A DNA stretch of 63,920 bases, counting the filler, from Acidimicrobiia bacterium (GTDB lineage: Bacteria; Actinomycetota; Acidimicrobiia; Spongiisociales; CAZKJJ01), in assembly GCA_046759765.1 (NCBI GenBank). It is 6 parts of 6 records of this genome, joined end to end, with 100 filler letters (N's around TTAATTAATTAA, not from the genome) between each part and the next. Parts side by side here need not be neighbours in the genome. Positions count along the whole stretch, not along the records: positions 22,295 to 32,963 come from JBHICV010000078.1; positions 33,064 to 43,644 come from JBHICV010000079.1; 4 more parts are not named here. One strand, given 5' to 3'. Under the pieces are notes generated by a model. The model was not told the origin of the DNA and ran no database searches. It worked only from the letters and a program-made list of their open reading frames with translations. Positions 31,525 to 40,739 of this stretch are shown here, piece by piece (within the stretch, counting starts at the first letter, position 1; the number at the start of each line of letters is the position of its first letter). Both the position numbers and the translations under genes were made by a program.

Positions 31525-31598
31525 TGGAGAGGATCGGATTCGAACCGACGGCCTCCTGGTTGCAAACCAGGCGCTCTGCCAGGCTGAGCTACCTCCCC
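31525..31598 (-). tRNA. tRNA-Ala(TGC)
   Basis: GGGGAGG/CCTCTCC stem with G3:U70 and CCTGG-TT-TGC-AA-CCAGG arm. Confidence 0.96.
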
Positions 31599-31722
31599 GT
31601 CGGCCGCCATTCTACGGTTGGCAGCGAAAGGGCTCGCTAAGCGGCGAACTGCAAAGGGAGGGTCCGCGGAATCGAGAGTCCGCGAGGCGTCGGCGCTGGA
31701 GACGCCTCGTAGCGGGGCCCCC

Positions 31723-32691
31723 TCACACCGTGATGACGATTTTCGCCCGGGCGTGTCCTTCGCCGAAATAGCGGAGAGCGTCCGGCGTCTGTTCGAGCGG
31801 ATACGTCTCTTCGATGACGGGAATCACATGTCCGGACTCGAGAAGTTCAGACAAGTAATTCAGATCCTCCTGCTTCATTCGGGCAATGAACCAAGCCACT
31901 CTCCGGCTCCTGACGAGCGAGCCCAGCTTGGCTCTGAGCAGGCGAGGCACGGGTCCCAGAAAACGACGCTTCGGTCCCCCGACGAGCAGGTAAGTGCCCT
32001 CGGGCTGCAAAACGCGCCAGCAGTCTGCCAACCGACGGTTTCCCGGCACATCGAACATCAAGTCATAACGCTCTCCGCGCCGGGTGAAGTCCTCTTGGGT
32101 GTAATCGATGACGTGGTCGGCGCCGATCGATCTGGCGGTGTCAAGGTTTCTGGTCCTGCACACGGCGGTCACCTCCGTCCCGAGCGACTTAGCAATCTGC
32201 ACTGCAAAGGTGCCAACGCCTCCCGACGCACCGTTGATCAAAGCCTTCTGGCCTGGCTGGATGTGGCCTAGGTCCCGGAGACCCTGCAGGGCTGTTAGCG
32301 CCGCGACCGGCACCGCCGCGGCCTCTTCAAAGGTCAAACCGGGCGGCTTCAGAACGAATGCGCGCTCGGGTGCACAAGCGTATTCGGCATACGCCCCGCG
32401 TCCTATGTCGCCAAAAACCTCATCACCAGGTCGAAACTGAGTCACGTTTCCACCGACTGCCTCAACACGCCCCGATACATCGGCCCCCCGAATCATGCGC
32501 TTGGGCTTCCGCAGTCCAGCTTCCAGGCGAGCAAGGTACGGAAGGCCGGTCACCAGGTGCCAGTCAAGGGCATTCACGGATGACGCGTGTACTCGCACCA
32601 GCACGTAATCGTCGCCAACGACAGGTATGTCTACTTCGCGGAGCTCGAGTACGTCTGGCAGGCCGTACCGGTCCTGGACTATCGCTCTCAT
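31723..32691 (-). CDS. NAD(P)-dependent MDR family oxidoreductase (zinc-free alcohol dehydrogenase/quinone reductase-like)
   Basis: MRAIVQDRYG, SVNALD, GASGGVG and GADHVIDY. Confidence 0.9.
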   Translation of the reverse strand: MRAIVQDRYGLPDVLELREVDIPVVGDDYVLVRVHASSVNALDWHLVTGLPYLARLEAGLRKPKRMIRGADVSGRVEAVGGNVTQFRPGDEVFGDIGRGAYAEYACAPERAFVLKPPGLTFEEAAAVPVAALTALQGLRDLGHIQPGQKALINGASGGVGTFAVQIAKSLGTEVTAVCRTRNLDTARSIGADHVIDYTQEDFTRRGERYDLMFDVPGNRRLADCWRVLQPEGTYLLVGGPKRRFLGPVPRLLRAKLGSLVRSRRVAWFIARMKQEDLNYLSELLESGHVIPVIEETYPLEQTPDALRYFGEGHARAKIVITV

Positions 32692-32912
32692 TGTGCTGCG
32701 CTCAGCGGCCCCGGGGCTCATTCTCAGTCGTTTCGCTGGTATCAATGCATTCTCCTCTGCGGACTTGGGCATGCCCAGCTGGCAGAGAACCCTTATCGGC
32801 CACTAATGCTTCCGCCGCCCAGCTACTGCAGAGCGAGACCTGAAAGCTGAGGGATTGGGCTCGCCTGCTCGTCGTGAGCCGATATATTCTTGGCTCCCTC
32901 GACTAACAGTTG

Positions 32913-32963
32913 GGGCCCATAGCTCAGCCCGGTTAGAGCGCATCCCTGATAAGGATGAGGTCC
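32913..32963 (+). tRNA. tRNA-Ile(GAT), truncated by contig end
   Basis: GGGCCCATAGCTCAG..GGTTAGAGCG and CATCC-CT-GAT-AA-GGATG. Confidence 0.9.
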
Positions 32964-33063
32964 NNNNNNNNNNNNNNNNNNNNNNNNNNNNNNNNNNNNN
33001 NNNNNNNTTAATTAATTAANNNNNNNNNNNNNNNNNNNNNNNNNNNNNNNNNNNNNNNNNNNN
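32964..33063. other. Artificial contig spacer
   Basis: N44-TTAATTAATTAA-N44. Confidence 0.99.
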
Positions 33064-33162
33064 GTCTCGAGAACGAATGCACGTTCCAACGACCAGCGGG
33101 TGGTGGCCCAGATGACGGAGCAGCTCCGGCGCCACCCACGCCGGAGCTAGCCGATCCGGCTC

Positions 33163-33215
33163 CGCGTTCCTGTCAATCTGAACCGCGGAAAGCGCGGCTG
33201 CGATTGACAGAAACG
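33163..33215. repeat. REP-like imperfect palindrome, copy 2
   Basis: CGCGTTCCTGTCAATCTGAACCGCG-GAAAG-CGCGGCTGCGATTGACAGAAACG downstream of icd. A perfect 10-bp hairpin lies beside it at 33122-33148. Confidence 0.8.
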
Positions 33216-33221
33216 AGGCTT

Positions 33222-34436
33222 CTAGCTCATCCGCGCGACCATGGCTTGGCCGAACTCGGAGGTTTTGACCTCGGTTGCTCCGTCCATCAGCCGAGCCAGG
33301 TCGTACGTGACGATGCCGTCCGAGATCGTTGCCTCGAGCGCTTTCACGATCAGATCGGCGGCTTCTGTCCAGCCGAGGTAGCGAAGCATCATCTGACCCG
33401 AGAGGATGACCGAAGAAGGGTTCACCTTGTCGAGGCCCTGGTAGCGCGGGGCGGTGCCATGAGTTGCCTCGAACACTGCGTGGCCGGTCTCATAGTTGAG
33501 GTTGCCGCCGGGGGCCATACCGAGTCCGCCTACCTGCGCGGCCAGGGCATCGGACAGGTAGTCGCCGTTCAAGTTGGTGGTTGCGATCACGTCATAGTTG
33601 TCCGGACGCGTGAGCACCTGCTGCAGCATGGCGTCGGCGATCACGTCCTGCACCAGGATCTTGCCTCCTGGGTCGCCCCCGGAGTCCTCCCAACTCACTG
33701 CCACCTGCGAGAACTCGTCTCGGGCCACCTCGTAGCCCCAGTTGCGGAAGGCGCCCTCAGTGAACTTCATGATGTTCCCCTTGTGAACCAGGGTCACCGA
33801 CGGCTGATTGTTGTCGACCGCATATTGCAGAGCGGCCCTGACGAGGCGCTTGCTCCGATGCTCGGAGATCGGTTTCAATCCGAGGCCACTGTCGGACCTG
33901 ATCGACCAGCCAAACTCGGCCTGGAGGAACTCGAGGAGGCGCTTGGCTTCGGGAGTTCCCGACTCCAGCTCCTTGCCGGCGTAAACGTCCTCCGTGTTCT
34001 CTCGGAAGATGACCATGTCGACCAGCTCCGGCTGTCTCACCGGCGAGGGAACGCCTCGATACCAGCGCACCGGCCTGAGGCTCACATACAGGTCCAGGAT
34101 CTGGCGGAGGGCGACGTTTAGGCTTCGGATCCCCTCACCCACCGGAGTGGTGAGCGGACCTTTGATTCCAACCAATTGGTCTCTAAAGGCTTCCACGGTT
34201 TCGGTGGGTAGCCACTCGCCTGTCTCGGAGAACCCCCGTTCGCCGGCGAGCACCTCCATCCATGAGATAGCCCTGCTGCCGCCGTAGGAACCATCAACGG
34301 AAGCATCGAACACCATTTGAGCAGCCCGCCATATGTCCGGCCCGATGCCGTCCCCTTCGATGAAAGGAATGATGGGATCATCAGGCACGATCAGGCCGCT
34401 GGCATCTTTAGAGATCGGCGTTCCCATCTGGCTCAC
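33222..34436 (-). CDS. icd: Isocitrate dehydrogenase (dimeric, probably NADP+)
   Basis: [37 protein letters not shown] and VTYDLAR. Confidence 0.96.
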   Translation of the reverse strand: MSQMGTPISKDASGLIVPDDPIIPFIEGDGIGPDIWRAAQMVFDASVDGSYGGSRAISWMEVLAGERGFSETGEWLPTETVEAFRDQLVGIKGPLTTPVGEGIRSLNVALRQILDLYVSLRPVRWYRGVPSPVRQPELVDMVIFRENTEDVYAGKELESGTPEAKRLLEFLQAEFGWSIRSDSGLGLKPISEHRSKRLVRAALQYAVDNNQPSVTLVHKGNIMKFTEGAFRNWGYEVARDEFSQVAVSWEDSGGDPGGKILVQDVIADAMLQQVLTRPDNYDVIATTNLNGDYLSDALAAQVGGLGMAPGGNLNYETGHAVFEATHGTAPRYQGLDKVNPSSVILSGQMMLRYLGWTEAADLIVKALEATISDGIVTYDLARLMDGATEVKTSEFGQAMVARMS

Positions 34437-35287
34437 CGGACCCTTCGCTCGGCGGCGGCCACCGTATTCGCCATCAAGTTAGCCACGGTCATCGGCCCGA
34501 CTCCTCCGGGTACGGGCGTGATGGCCGAAGCCACTTCCGAAACGGCGTCAAAGTCGACGTCGCCCGTTATTTCCTGGTCCTCACGGCTGATACCGACGTC
34601 TATGACCACCGCCCCCTCCTGCACGTGCTCGGGTCCAATGAGACGAGGCACTCCTACCGCGACCGCAAGGATGTCTGCCTGCCTCGTCACGCCGGCCAGG
34701 TCGGGCGTCTTGGTGTGAGCGGTTGTCACGGTCGCGTCGACGCCCTTCGATCCCAGAAGGAGAGCCAATGGCCGGCCGACGAGAACCGATCTTCCGACGA
34801 CTACCGCTCGCCTGCCCTCGGTCGGTATTTCGTAGTGCCGGAGGATCCTAAGAACGCCGGCTGGGGTATTGGGAACGAGAAACGGCTCACCGGCCACGAG
34901 GAGCCCGAGGTTCCGGGGATGTATACCGTCGGCGTCTTTGTCCGGATCGACTGAGGTCAATACCTCGTTCTCGTCGATGTGCTCCGGGAGTGGAAGCTGA
35001 ACGAGGATGGCGTCTACATCCGCGTCGTCGTTGAGCCCTCTGAGCAGCCCCAGCAGCTCGCCTCTCGAGGTGGCCGCGCTCAGCTCGTGATGAACCGACT
35101 GAATGCCCACCTGGGCGGCGAGGCGACGCTTATTACGTACGTACACCTGCGAGGCCGGGTCCTCCCCTACCAGCACCGTCGCCAGGACGACGTCCTTGCC
35201 TCGCTCGGCCAAGGCCTCGACGCGCCGCATCACCTCCTCGGTGAGTGCCGCGGCCACCGTCTTTCCGTTCAAAAGCACAGCCGTCAA
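34433..35287 (-). CDS. folD: Methylene-THF dehydrogenase/cyclohydrolase
   Basis: YVRNK, QLPLP, KDADG and [11 protein letters not shown]. Confidence 0.96.
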   Translation of the reverse strand: MTAVLLNGKTVAAALTEEVMRRVEALAERGKDVVLATVLVGEDPASQVYVRNKRRLAAQVGIQSVHHELSAATSRGELLGLLRGLNDDADVDAILVQLPLPEHIDENEVLTSVDPDKDADGIHPRNLGLLVAGEPFLVPNTPAGVLRILRHYEIPTEGRRAVVVGRSVLVGRPLALLLGSKGVDATVTTAHTKTPDLAGVTRQADILAVAVGVPRLIGPEHVQEGAVVIDVGISREDQEITGDVDFDAVSEVASAITPVPGGVGPMTVANLMANTVAAAERRVR

Positions 35288-36804
35288 TGTCGGAAGTGCC
35301 TTCTGCCCGTGAAGATCACCGCCATGGAATGCTCATCGGCCGCTTCGATCACTTCTTCGTCCCTTATGGACCCGCCCGGCTGAACCAATGCCGTCACGCC
35401 GGACTCTGCCAAAAGGTCAACCGTGTCCCGAAATGGGATAAAACCGTCGCTGGCGGCTGCTGCCCCTTGGGTCCTCTCGCCGGCTTGGCGCAGGGCCCGC
35501 TCCGCGGCGCCGATGCGACTTTGATCGCCCGCGCCGACGCCGATCGCGGCCAGGTCGTGAGCGATAACGACCGCATTGGAGGTGGTGTGAGCGGCCACCG
35601 CCCACGCGAACTCGAGATCGAGCGTCTCGTCGGCGGTCGGAGGACGTCGGGTCACGACCTTCCAGTCGGCGCTATCCGAGTGGTCCGGCTCCTGGACCAG
35701 GAAGCCGCTCCCCAGAGCTCGGAACTCGCGCCGTGGGGTTGGCGGAAGCTGAGCCTCTAGAACGCGCAAGCCGCGCCTGGGCCCAAGCAGGCGCTTGGCC
35801 CCTTCCGTCACGCTCGGTGCCGCCGCTACCGCCACGAATCGTTCGGTGAGCTCACGCGCAGTGGCCTCGTCCAGGGGTCGGTTGAGCGTCACGACCCCGC
35901 CGTAGGCGGCCATCGGGTCGCAATCCCAGGCAGCGAGGAACGCGGCCGGCGGGTCGGAGCGAGTCGCCACTCCGCACGGGTTGGTGTGCTTGATTACCGC
36001 CGCCGCTGGCTCCTCGAAGGAGTGCACGAGCCGCCAGCCGGCCTCTGTATCCAGGTAGTTGTTGAAGGAAAGCGGCTCCCCCTGCACTTGACGCGCCGAA
36101 GACCACCACGGCTCTGCGGCCCCTCGCGTCGAGTAGGCGGCCGCCTCCTGGTGCGGGTTCTCCCCATAGCGGACCGTGCTCGTAAGTGTCAGCGGCAAGA
36201 CAATGCTGTCGGGGAAGGTATCGGCGGAGGACATCCATGCGAGCACTGCGGCGTCGAACGAAGCAGTTCGAAAGAAGGCCTCTCGGGCCAGCGTCGCCCG
36301 GAGTTCGTCGCTCAGTCCGCCGGCCGCGACGGCCCCGGCCACTTGCTCGTACTGCGTGGTTGCCGACACGGCCCCGACCCACCGGTGATTCTTAGCCGCC
36401 GCCCGCAGCAACGTCACCCCGCCAACATCGACCAGCTCCGTTAGATCGTCGTTCTCGAATCTCACTGCCGACTCCGTGAACGGATAGAGGTCCACCACCA
36501 CGAGATCAATGGCTTCTATGCCCGTGGCCGCCAGCTCGGAGAGGTGTTCCGGACGGTCGCGATCGGCGAGTATCCCAGCCGCGAGCGCAGGATGCAGGGT
36601 CTTCACCCGGCCGTCGAGGAGCTCGCCGACTCCGGTCAGCTCCGAGATGCTCGTCACCGGAACACCGACGTCTCGGAGCACCTTGTCGGTGCCGGAAGAG
36701 GCCATCAGCTCGACTCCTGCCTCCGCAAGTCTCCGGGCGAATGGCGGAAGAGCCCTCTTGTCCGAGACGGACAGCAGAGCGCGGCGTACCGCTACCTTCC
36801 TCAT
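35284..36804 (-). CDS. purH: Bifunctional AICAR transformylase/IMP cyclohydrolase
   Basis: LSVSDK, GRVKTLHP, RYGENPHQ, KHTNPCG and RHFRH. Confidence 0.95.
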   Translation of the reverse strand: MRKVAVRRALLSVSDKRALPPFARRLAEAGVELMASSGTDKVLRDVGVPVTSISELTGVGELLDGRVKTLHPALAAGILADRDRPEHLSELAATGIEAIDLVVVDLYPFTESAVRFENDDLTELVDVGGVTLLRAAAKNHRWVGAVSATTQYEQVAGAVAAGGLSDELRATLAREAFFRTASFDAAVLAWMSSADTFPDSIVLPLTLTSTVRYGENPHQEAAAYSTRGAAEPWWSSARQVQGEPLSFNNYLDTEAGWRLVHSFEEPAAAVIKHTNPCGVATRSDPPAAFLAAWDCDPMAAYGGVVTLNRPLDEATARELTERFVAVAAAPSVTEGAKRLLGPRRGLRVLEAQLPPTPRREFRALGSGFLVQEPDHSDSADWKVVTRRPPTADETLDLEFAWAVAAHTTSNAVVIAHDLAAIGVGAGDQSRIGAAERALRQAGERTQGAAAASDGFIPFRDTVDLLAESGVTALVQPGGSIRDEEVIEAADEHSMAVIFTGRRHFRH

Positions 36805-37406
36805 GACCACACAACCCGACGGCCGTCGACCCGCAGCCGACCCTGAGCCAGCGCCTTGATGACGGACGGGTAGAGACGATGCTCCACTGCCTGGATGCGG
36901 CCGTGCAGCGTCTCGGGGGTGTCGTCCGGTCTAACGGCAATCGCCTTCTGGGCAATGATCGGTCCGTGGTCGACCTCCTCATCGACGAAGTGCACGGTGA
37001 CCCCGGTGACCTTTACTCCGTGCGACAGAGCGTCGATCACCGAGTCGCAGCCCGGGAACGAGGGAAGCAGTGCGGGATGGATGTTGAGGATCCGGTTGGG
37101 AAAGCGCTCGATGGCCTCTGGAGAAAGGATGCGCATGAACCCGGCCAGCACGAGGGTCTCGGCGCCGTAGGACTCGGCGGCGTCGCAGATGGCCTTGGTG
37201 AATGCCTCCCGGCCAGGGTGATCGCTCCAAGGGATGACCTCGGTGTCAATACCGGCCGCGGCCGCTCTTCGGAGGGCGCGGACGTCCGGCCGATCGGAGA
37301 GAACTACCGCGATCCGTGCTCCGAAGTCTTTGTCGGCAGCTGCCCGGTCGATGATCGCCTGCAGATTGGTTCCGGAGCCGGAAACCAACACGGCGATCGA
37401 CAGCAC
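36801..37406 (-). CDS. purN: Phosphoribosylglycinamide formyltransferase
   Basis: SGSGTNLQA, LAGFMRIL, NIHPALLP and VD.EVDHGPII. Confidence 0.96.
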   Translation of the reverse strand: MLSIAVLVSGSGTNLQAIIDRAAADKDFGARIAVVLSDRPDVRALRRAAAAGIDTEVIPWSDHPGREAFTKAICDAAESYGAETLVLAGFMRILSPEAIERFPNRILNIHPALLPSFPGCDSVIDALSHGVKVTGVTVHFVDEEVDHGPIIAQKAIAVRPDDTPETLHGRIQAVEHRLYPSVIKALAQGRLRVDGRRVVWS

Positions 37407-37511
37407 TCCATCTCCTTGCGGAAGCGCTCGCATTGTAGGAACCGGAGGGGGGCGCTTCGGCGTGCGCAGAAGCGAGAGTCCTGGGAGAATTAGAGGACCG
37501 GCGACTGGAGG

Positions 37512-38576
37512 GTGAGGGTGACAGAAGCGGGGATCGAGGACCTAGTCAAGGTATTCGACGGCTGGGCGATCCTGAGCCGATATCACTCTCCTACCGACGC
37601 CTGGATCTTTATCGCACTCCACGACGACTCTCTGGGTCCCGCGCTCGGCGGAACCCGAATGAAGGTCTACCGAACTCCCGCGGCTGGTCTGCAAGACGCG
37701 ATGCGCCTGGCCCGAGGAATGACCAACAAGTGGGCCGCGCTCGAAGCGGGCTACGGAGGGGGCAAAGCCGTCCTCGCCCTCAGCCGCGAACTCGACGCTT
37801 CCGAGCGCCGGCAGCTGCTCAAGGACTATGCCGAGCTCCTCAACTCCCTCGATGGAGTGTTTCACACCGGCCAGGACCTCGGGACTACGCCGGAGGACAT
37901 CTCGTTTCTGTCTGGGCTCTCTCCTCACATACACGGCGCCGTTGATGGCGAGCCGGCCCAGGACCCCAGTCCGTATACCGCCCGAGGAGTACTGGCGGGG
38001 ATCCGAGCCGCGGTCAACCACCTCGATGGGACGCGGGACCTTTCCGGAATCTCAGTCACTATTCAGGGCGCCGGCAATGTTGGTCGACGTCTAGCAAGAC
38101 TTCTGGCGGCAGAGGGGGCAAGGGTGATTGTCAGCGATCTGGACGCCGGCCGCTCCGAGGAAATAGCGGCGGACATCGGTGCCGAAGTGGTTGAGGCGTC
38201 GGAGGTGTATGACACGCCGTGCGACGTCCTTTCGCCGTGTGCGATTGGAGGCGTCCTCAACGCGGAGACGATTCCGCGGCTCAAGTGTCGGATCGTGGCC
38301 GGATCGGCCAACAATATGCTGGCGACGCCCGACGACGGCGACCGTCTCGACGAACGGGGGATTCTCTACGTGCCCGACTACGTCATCAACGCCGGCGGCG
38401 CGATTGCACTCGGACCGCTTCTCCATGCCTCCGACGAAGAACGCTACGCCCGGGTTGACGAGATCGAGGTAGCGGTGGCCGGCATCCTGACCGAGGCGAA
38501 GGAGCACGACGAGTCCCCTCTCTCCGCAGTGCGGAGGCGGGTCGAGAGAGTCCTGGAAGAGGCGAGCGGCAGCTGA
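37512..38576 (+). CDS. Leu/Phe/Val dehydrogenase
   Basis: LGPALGGTRM, GGGKAV, QGAGNVG, GSANN and PDYVINAGG. GGAGG RBS upstream. Confidence 0.92.
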   Translation: MRVTEAGIEDLVKVFDGWAILSRYHSPTDAWIFIALHDDSLGPALGGTRMKVYRTPAAGLQDAMRLARGMTNKWAALEAGYGGGKAVLALSRELDASERRQLLKDYAELLNSLDGVFHTGQDLGTTPEDISFLSGLSPHIHGAVDGEPAQDPSPYTARGVLAGIRAAVNHLDGTRDLSGISVTIQGAGNVGRRLARLLAAEGARVIVSDLDAGRSEEIAADIGAEVVEASEVYDTPCDVLSPCAIGGVLNAETIPRLKCRIVAGSANNMLATPDDGDRLDERGILYVPDYVINAGGAIALGPLLHASDEERYARVDEIEVAVAGILTEAKEHDESPLSAVRRRVERVLEEASGS

Positions 38577-38712
38577 GGGCCCTAACAAGCTGGCGACGCC
38601 GAGCCCCGAGGCATGCCGCTCTGCTCGGTTGCTCATTACCGCCCGTATCCCTTGATCTGGTGCCTCGTCAGGAGGGAAGAACGACGATAAGGACGTTGAG
38701 ACGCACGTGGCG

Positions 38713-39600
38713 TCAGATCAACTGCTGTAACCACCTCGCCGTCTCGACGTGACGCGGTAGAGCCAGGTCTCCTTCGAACGCCCAGGCCAACGTCTGAGCT
38801 AAGGCCCATCGAACGGCGCGGTCGCGGTCGAGACCCAGCTCGTCAGTGAGCCGGTCGAGACGTCCCAGCACGAGATCACGGTCGTGGCCGAGCTCGTAAG
38901 CACGGACGATTGGAGCAGCGCTGAACTCTCGCTCGCCGCGGAGCGGCTTGGGATCGATCACCAGCCAAGGCTCGCGCTCGGCGGCAAGGACGTTGTCGGG
39001 GTGGAGATCTTGATGGAGCAGCACCTGTTCACCCTGAGAGCCAGACAACTCGTCTAGGGCCTCGAGGGCGCTATCGATGAGTCGGCGCTCGAACGGATAC
39101 CCCGCTCGCTCCCAGGCGGCCGGTAGCTGCTCCGCCCATCGCGCCGCTTCGTCCTTCAGACTGTTAAAGGGCTGACCGGCGGGCTTCAACAACCGCGGGA
39201 GAAGATCGATCAAGACGCCAAGAGCGGCATCTGGTTCCAGCTCAGAGAGGTGGCGGCCCGGATCGCAACGTTCGATCAGGAGCGCGTGGCGAGAAGGGTC
39301 ATGATCGAGCAACCGGACCGCCCCCTCGCCGTCCCACAATGCCAACGCATCGGCTTCGTGCTCGCTCTCTCGATGCGGAAACTGGATCTTCAGGACCGCC
39401 CCGGTGCCGTCGGGGAGGTCAGCCGGCACAACAAGCGACACATATGAGCCGGGATAAGGAGGCCCAAGGCGAAGCGACCAGCGCTCCTCACACTCCTCCA
39501 TCAGACGAGGGAGCCCACTCAGCCATGCCCGGGCCGCGTCTGTCTTGCCGATCCAACGCAAGCTCTCCGGCACCATGTTGAGATCCACACGAATCTCCAT
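38713..39600 (-). CDS. Aminoglycoside/hydroxyurea phosphotransferase family protein (APH(6)-like)
   Basis: AVLK, W.GEGAVRLL, LHQDLH..NVL and WLVIDPK. Confidence 0.85.
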   Translation of the reverse strand: MEIRVDLNMVPESLRWIGKTDAARAWLSGLPRLMEECEERWSLRLGPPYPGSYVSLVVPADLPDGTGAVLKIQFPHRESEHEADALALWDGEGAVRLLDHDPSRHALLIERCDPGRHLSELEPDAALGVLIDLLPRLLKPAGQPFNSLKDEAARWAEQLPAAWERAGYPFERRLIDSALEALDELSGSQGEQVLLHQDLHPDNVLAAEREPWLVIDPKPLRGEREFSAAPIVRAYELGHDRDLVLGRLDRLTDELGLDRDRAVRWALAQTLAWAFEGDLALPRHVETARWLQQLI

Positions 39601-39712
39601 CGTCGTCGGAAGTTACCGGCCCCGCCGCGCCCGGACGTACCAGGAAACGAATGCCCGCATTCAAACCTGTCGAGGTCGGCCCCTCTTCGATAAACCCGAT
39701 ATCTTCGCCGGG

Positions 39713-40681
39713 ATGAGAGCACTCGTGAATACGAGATACGGGTCGCCCGATGTGCTTCAGATCAAAGAGGTACCCAAACCCGTCCCGACCGACAATGAGG
39801 TCCTCGTCAAGATACGGGCAACGACGGTAAACCGCACGGACTACGGCATTTTGACGGCTAAACCGTTCATTGCCAGGTTCTTCTATGGCCTCACAAAGCC
39901 GAAGATCACGATTCTCGGAAATGAGTTCGCCGGGGTGATCGATGCAGTCGGTGATGATGTCACATCATTTGCCGTCGGCGAAAAGGTGTTCGGCTACGAC
40001 GACGCTGCTTTTGGTGCTCACGCGCAGTACAAGGCGGTGTCCGAAGCAGCTTTGCTGGCAACGATGCCGGCCAACACGTCGTATGAGGAGGCCGCTCCCG
40101 GTAACGAGGGTGTGCACTATGCCCTGAGCATCCTTCGGCGGGCGGACATTCAAGAGGGAGACCGGGTTGTCATCTACGGTGCAACCGGCGCCATCGGTAC
40201 CGCTGCGGTTCAGCTTGCCAAGTACTACGGCGCAGAGATCACGGCAGTCTGCGACACCGAGAACATCGAATTGGTCAAGTCCTTAGGGGCTGACAAGGTC
40301 ATCGATTACACGGAGGATGACTTCCCCAACCGTGACTTCACGTACGAGGTCGTCATCGACGCCGTTGGCAAGACCTCGTACTCGAAGTGGAAGCCCGTGC
40401 TTGCTCCAAGGGGGCTATATCTAACAACCGACCTGGGCCCTTTCCTCAAAATTCCGCTCCTCGTGGTGTGGACGCGTGTAGTCGGAAGCAAAAGAGTCCT
40501 CCTGCCGCTCCCGAGCCACAGCAAGCAGGATGTAGTTTTCTTCAAGGAGTTGATCGAGTCAGGCGACTTTCGGCCCGTCATCGACCGGCGCTACCCGTTC
40601 GAGCAAATCGTCGAGGCGTATCGATACGTCGCGACGGGCCAGAAGATCGGGAACGTCGTCATCACCGTGGAGCACGAGTAG
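39713..40681 (+). CDS. NAD(P)-dependent MDR family oxidoreductase
   Basis: YGSPDVL, TVNRTD, GATGAIG and GQKIGNVV. Leaderless ATG at 39713. Confidence 0.9.
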   Translation: MRALVNTRYGSPDVLQIKEVPKPVPTDNEVLVKIRATTVNRTDYGILTAKPFIARFFYGLTKPKITILGNEFAGVIDAVGDDVTSFAVGEKVFGYDDAAFGAHAQYKAVSEAALLATMPANTSYEEAAPGNEGVHYALSILRRADIQEGDRVVIYGATGAIGTAAVQLAKYYGAEITAVCDTENIELVKSLGADKVIDYTEDDFPNRDFTYEVVIDAVGKTSYSKWKPVLAPRGLYLTTDLGPFLKIPLLVVWTRVVGSKRVLLPLPSHSKQDVVFFKELIESGDFRPVIDRRYPFEQIVEAYRYVATGQKIGNVVITVEHE

Positions 40682-40739
40682 ACGACGATCTGCTCAATAT
40701 CTGGATCGTCAGCAACTGACAGCTGACTGTTGGCAGCTA

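Noticed and set aside
35284..36804. Possibly degenerate IMP cyclohydrolase domain in PurH
   Set aside because: The sequence is divergent, but SVSDK, S..T, GRVKT, LYPF, D.GG and AAKN are all retained.
38577..38712. attC-like (TCTCAAC...GTTAGGG) or dif-like (CGATAA) sites beside the APH gene, and a similar CCGATAA near 32790
   Set aside because: Core-site complementarity is poor, there is no convincing XerD arm, and no integron integrase is present.
38713..39600. Streptomycin resistance gene
   Set aside because: The similarity is family-level only, and the substrate cannot be inferred.
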